Shown here: piece by piece, positions 35,939 through 39,214 of the stretch
Layout: the number at the start of each line of letters is the position of its first letter
Numbering within the stretch: position 1 is the first letter of the stretch
DNA from: Anaerolineales bacterium
GTDB taxonomy: Bacteria > Chloroflexota > Anaerolineae > Anaerolineales > DRMV01
Reading direction: 5' to 3'
DNA length: 39,214 bases
Assembly: GCA_026985785.1 (NCBI GenBank)
Contig: JALSPT010000136.1
Coordinates: 1 to 39,214 of the forward strand
Notes under the pieces: generated by a model
What the model saw: the letters and a program-made list of their open reading frames with translations, nothing else
Told to the model about the DNA's origin: nothing
Database searches by the model: none
Made by a program: the position numbers and the translations under genes

Positions 35939-36586
35939 CTACGCCGTAGCCCTTTTCTGCCAGCGGCTTTTGGCGTATTCCCACACCCCCGGCAGCACCG
36001 AGACCGCGATGATGCCGATGATAACCAGGCTGAAGTTTTCTTTGACTACCGGAATGTTGCCGAAAAAGTAGCCCAGGGAAAGGAAAAGCGCCGTCCACAC
36101 GATGCCGCCGACGATATTGTAAGTCACAAAACGGTGGTACGTCATCGCGCCGATACCGGCCACGAAGGGCACGAACGTCCGCACGATGGGTACGAACCGT
36201 CCCAATACGACTGCGAAGCCACCGTGTTTTTCATAAAACTCGTGTGTCCGATCCAGGTGCTCTTTCTTCAAATACTTGATCTCGCCGGAAAAGGCGCGCG
36301 GGCCGATCGCGTGGCCAATCCAGTAGTTCGCCGTATCACCCAAAATCGCACCAGCGGCCATTACCAGAAAGAGAAGCCCCAGGTTGAGTTCGCCCAACGC
36401 CGCAAACGTGCCTGCCGCGAACAGCAATGAATCCCCCGGCAGGAAAGGGGTCACTACGAAACCGGTTTCCAGAAAGATCACAAAGAACAACAGCGCGTAC
36501 GTCCAGCCGCCAAAGGTTTGCAGAATTGTGGCCAGATGCTTGTCGAGGTGGAGGAAAACATCCACCGCGAATTGCAACCAGTTCAT
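35939..36586 (-). CDS. DedA family (VTT domain) membrane protein
   Basis: LETGFVVTPFLPGDSLLFAAG, RFVPIVRTFVPFVAG. Confidence 0.9.
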   Translation of the reverse strand: MNWLQFAVDVFLHLDKHLATILQTFGGWTYALLFFVIFLETGFVVTPFLPGDSLLFAAGTFAALGELNLGLLFLVMAAGAILGDTANYWIGHAIGPRAFSGEIKYLKKEHLDRTHEFYEKHGGFAVVLGRFVPIVRTFVPFVAGIGAMTYHRFVTYNIVGGIVWTALFLSLGYFFGNIPVVKENFSLVIIGIIAVSVLPGVWEYAKSRWQKRATA

Positions 36587-36621
36587 GCGTCCATCCTTGC
36601 CAAAAAGATGGCGGGATTATA

Positions 36622-37863
36622 TCACGGCCACGGTTGGCCGTTCACACGCAGGCGGACGCTGAGCAGGTGGTCGTCGGCGGTCAGCCGTTGCACCACATCC
36701 AACCCTGCCACGACCTGACCAAAAATGGTAACGCGGCCGTCATAGGCGGGCAGCGGCTGGCGGGTGATGAGGAACTGACTGCTGTTGGTGTCGCCGCCTG
36801 CGCTGTAAAGCACCAGCCGCCCCGGGCGGTCGCAGCGTAGATCGGGAGCGGTTTCCAGGCCAAAGGTGTAGCCCGCGTTGCCGTAGCCCGTGCCGCTGGG
36901 GTCGCCCGTGCGGACGAATTCGGGGCGGACGTCGAAGAAAGGATTGTTGTCGTACCAGCCGTGGGCGGCCAGAAAGGCGAAACTGTTGACCGCCTTCGGG
37001 GCTTCTTGAGGGAACAACCGCGCCCGCACCACGCCGCGGGTGGTCAGCAGGTCGGCTTCCACCGTGGCGTCGGGCGGAATCTGCCGCGGCGGGCAGGCGT
37101 GGAACTGGTGCTGGGTGAGGATGTTCAGCCGCACCACCGCATCCAGGTCGGCAAAATCCATCGGGCCGGTGTAGAGTTGGGCGTTGATATAGAGCATCGG
37201 CACGGCGGGGAGGTTGTGGGTGATGCCGTTTTGCCAGGCGCGCTGGATCAGGCCGTGGATGGCCTCGCTTTGCAGGTCGGCGGTGAATTGGGTGACATTC
37301 AACCCCAGCCGCCGGGCGGCGTCTTGCAGATAGGCCAGGAAGGCATTGCCTTTCATCCCCATCCAGCGGCTTTGCTCGGCAAAGAGCAGGTCGTGCATCT
37401 CCCAAAACTTGCCTTGGCGGGCAGCAGCCTCGGCAGCCTGGGCGGCCAGGGCGGCTTTGTCGTGGATGTTGATGAGGGGGTAGTGGCGAAAGGCCAGCAC
37501 CACATCCTGCGAATGCGCCCGCTGCACCTGCCGCAAAATCGGCGCTAAGCGGGCGCAAGCGGTGCATTGAAAATCGCTGTACACCACCAGGAAGACGGCG
37601 GCGTGCTGCGGGTCGCCGAGCAGATGGTCGTAAGGCGTGAGATAGTCCTGCGCCTCGCGAGCGGCGGGGACGCCCGGCGGGGAAGCCTGGCAGGGAATGG
37701 TGGGGGTGGCGGCAGGCGTGGGCGGGGCGGTCAGGGTAGGCGGTAAGGTGGGGGAAGGCGGCGCGAGCGCCGCCGTGGGCAGCGAAGGGCGGCTGCTGCA
37801 CCCTGTGAGCAACGCCGCCCCTGCAAAGAACAGCCCCGCCAGCCAACGCAAGGCAGTTTTCAT
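36622..37863 (-). CDS. Fusion lipoprotein: DsbA-like thioredoxin domain + cyclophilin-type peptidyl-prolyl isomerase
   Basis: ATG at 37863. Lipobox LLTGC and a PT linker. VVYSDFQCTACARL (CxxC) with a DsbA/BdbD-like helical insert. C-terminal cyclophilin pattern (FFDVRPEFVRTGDP, NSSQFLIT, IFGQVVAGLDVV). Confidence 0.8.
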   Translation of the reverse strand: MKTALRWLAGLFFAGAALLTGCSSRPSLPTAALAPPSPTLPPTLTAPPTPAATPTIPCQASPPGVPAAREAQDYLTPYDHLLGDPQHAAVFLVVYSDFQCTACARLAPILRQVQRAHSQDVVLAFRHYPLINIHDKAALAAQAAEAAARQGKFWEMHDLLFAEQSRWMGMKGNAFLAYLQDAARRLGLNVTQFTADLQSEAIHGLIQRAWQNGITHNLPAVPMLYINAQLYTGPMDFADLDAVVRLNILTQHQFHACPPRQIPPDATVEADLLTTRGVVRARLFPQEAPKAVNSFAFLAAHGWYDNNPFFDVRPEFVRTGDPSGTGYGNAGYTFGLETAPDLRCDRPGRLVLYSAGGDTNSSQFLITRQPLPAYDGRVTIFGQVVAGLDVVQRLTADDHLLSVRLRVNGQPWP

Positions 37864-37920
37864 GGCGCACAATCCTTTCGGCTGAGGGTTTCGTCGCCAG
37901 GATTGTACCGCAATCCCCGC

Positions 37921-38676
37921 CTACGGCGATTGCAAGGCAAACACCATCTGCACGGTGGCAGTGATTTGCATCTGTCCGCCGCTGACCGGCACTTCGTCCA
38001 TCGCCTTGGGCGCTGCCGCAAACGCCACCCCCCGCGTCACCGGTTGTATCAGTGCCTGGAACGAAATGCGCTGCACCGGCCCAAGTTGCGCTCCGGCGGC
38101 CTCGGCGATGGCCTCGGCCTGGGCTTTGCCCTGCTTCACGGCCTGCATCCGGGCCTGCTCCAGCAGCGCGGCGCGGTCGCTGACGTCGAAACTGATGCCC
38201 TGCAGCCGGTTGGCGCCGTCTTTCACCACCGCGTCCAGCACCTGCCCCACCTTGTCCATCGACCGCACGGTGATGCGCACCGTGTTTTCCGCGATGTAGT
38301 AGCGCGCCGTCACCTTGCCGTCCTTGTCTCGCTCTTCCCGCTGATAGAGCGAGAGGTTGGTCGTGCGGATGTCCTTCTTCTCGATGCCGAACGCGGCCAG
38401 GGTCTGGTAGATCTTTGCCACGCGGGCGTTGTTGGCGCTCAGTGCGTCGGCGGCCTGCTCGTCTTGCGTCTGCACACCGACCGTGATGTAGGCCACGTCG
38501 GGCTCGGCCATCACCGAAGCCTGGCCGGTAATCGAGAGTGTGCGTTCGCACGGCTGGGGCGTGCTCTCGGCCAATGGCGTAGCACCCACCTTTTGCGGAT
38601 GGCTGCTGATGGTGAGGAAAGCCACCGCCAGCGCCAATACCACGATGCCGCTGGCTGTCACAAGATATTTTTTCAT
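37921..38676 (-). CDS. SIMPL (DUF541) domain protein, secreted
   Basis: ATG at 38676 with SD GGAGGAGGA and a signal/TM segment. SITGQASVMAEPDVAYITVGV, and QITATVQMVFAL at the C-terminus. The long upstream ORF extension is rejected. Confidence 0.85.
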   Translation of the reverse strand: MKKYLVTASGIVVLALAVAFLTISSHPQKVGATPLAESTPQPCERTLSITGQASVMAEPDVAYITVGVQTQDEQAADALSANNARVAKIYQTLAAFGIEKKDIRTTNLSLYQREERDKDGKVTARYYIAENTVRITVRSMDKVGQVLDAVVKDGANRLQGISFDVSDRAALLEQARMQAVKQGKAQAEAIAEAAGAQLGPVQRISFQALIQPVTRGVAFAAAPKAMDEVPVSGGQMQITATVQMVFALQSP

Positions 38677-38752
38677 CGTCCTCCTCCTTTTTTCATGGGA
38701 AAAGTCGTTCATCCTCTGGACGCCGCCAAGGCGGCAAAAGTTCCCATCAGGA

Positions 38753-38761
38753 TGGTAAAAT
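38753..38761 (+). promoter_or_regulatory. Extended -10 element (TGgTAAAAT)
   Basis: TG at 38753-38754 and TAAAAT at 38756-38761, about 40 nt upstream of the phosphoribosyltransferase ATG. Confidence 0.35.
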
Positions 38762-38799
38762 CTATAGCCATTGTACCCTTTTTCCCCAAGGTCTGTTTC

Positions 38800-39214
38800 A
38801 TGCGCAAAGAAATCCTCACCTGGCACGACGTCGATGCCCTCATCGACCACCTCATCCCGCAGTTCGATGTGGCTTTTGAAGCAATGGTGATGATCAGCCG
38901 GGGCGGCATTGTGCCCGGCGGCATGTTGGCCGAGGCGTTGGGGATGACGCACATCCTGATGGCGGCGGTGGATTTCCCCGCCCAGGTGACGATGGCGCGC
39001 GCCAAACTGGTCGCCTGGCCGAAGTTCATCCAGTTCCCCGACGAGGCGCAACTGCGTGGCCGCCGCACGCTGATCGTGGACGATGTGTGGGGCTCCGGGC
39101 GCACGATGACCGCGGTGCGCGCCCGTGTCGAGGCCGCCGGCGCTTACCCTTACACCTGCGTGCTGCACTTCAACCCCCATCGCAGCCTGTTCGGCAGCCT
39201 GCGCCCCGATTTTT
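38800..39214 (+). CDS. Phosphoribosyltransferase family protein (Gpt-like), 3'-truncated by window end
   Basis: My own translation from ATG 38800: MRKEILTWHDVDALIDHL...RRTLIVDDVWGSGRTMTAV (PRPP-binding loop). It is absent from the ORF track because no stop occurs before the window end. Confidence 0.7.
   Translation, partial: MRKEILTWHDVDALIDHLIPQFDVAFEAMVMISRGGIVPGGMLAEALGMTHILMAAVDFPAQVTMARAKLVAWPKFIQFPDEAQLRGRRTLIVDDVWGSGRTMTAVRARVEAAGAYPYTCVLHFNPHRSLFGSLRPDF

Noticed and set aside
36740-38551. 603-aa minus-strand ORF spanning the DsbA-PPIase and SIMPL genes in another frame.
   Set aside because: It crosses an intergenic region with a clear SD and ATG for the real gene. Its R/P/G-rich composition marks it as a shadow ORF. 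Comparable rejected shadow ORFs are 21478..22923, 14143..15792, 13227..14309, 11713..13206, 25053..26735 and 6377..7513.
1-39214. Search for mobile elements, CRISPR arrays, toxin-antitoxin pairs, restriction-modification or known defence systems.
   Set aside because: I recognised no transposase, integrase, Cas, nuclease-methylase or small paired toxin ORFs. The window reads as core chromosome, and the only repeat families are the short non-coding elements reported above.

Overview
High-GC (roughly 63-66%) chromosomal segment with dense, mostly housekeeping coding. I call 32 CDS, one of them partial at the right edge. Calls rest on sequence motifs read by eye, not on any database search. PT-rich linkers, LysM/SdrD-like anchored proteins and GAF-type kinases suggest a Chloroflexota-like organism, but this is a low-confidence guess.

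Gene content, left to right:
- rplS, a class-I glutamine amidotransferase (peptidase C26), murI, an orphan ABC solute-binding lipoprotein.
- On the minus strand: uvrC, tsaC, a YibE/F membrane protein, a metallophosphoesterase, cdd, a CorC/HlyC transporter, glmU, a CDF metal exporter, a very long class-A PBP, a MaoC dehydratase.
- On the plus strand: lysS, a small DHp-only protein, two large GAF histidine kinases with degenerate receiver domains, an SDR, rseP, an 839-aa HerA/FtsK-like P-loop ATPase.
- A third GAF kinase (minus) and inositol-3-phosphate synthase (plus).
- A minus-strand envelope cluster: serine-palmitoyltransferase-like oxoamine synthase, LysM protein, pseudo-PP2C/beta-propeller membrane protein, small membrane protein.
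- An SDR, a DedA protein, a DsbA-cyclophilin fusion lipoprotein, a SIMPL protein and a partial phosphoribosyltransferase.

I found no rRNA, tRNA, CRISPR array, transposase, integrase, prophage or recognisable defence genes.

The most unusual signals are non-coding:
1. A phased array of DnaA-box-like 9-mers (three perfect TTTTCCACA at exact 21-bp spacing plus degenerate boxes) in a convergent intergenic region at 30199-30356.
2. Two copies of a ~125-nt nested-hairpin element with terminal inverted repeats and compensatory stem changes (16947-17073 and 30048-30170).
3. 8-nt periodic CGACTA/AAACGACY arrays filling the leaders of uvrC and glmU.

Protein-level oddities:
- A CDF transporter with three tandem cytoplasmic domains.
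- A His-rich alternate frame over the PBP PT tail that is in frame with that CDF gene.
- A stand-alone DHp protein coupled to lysS.
- Pseudo-receiver kinases with no response regulator nearby.
- An SPT-like enzyme paired divergently with an SDR.
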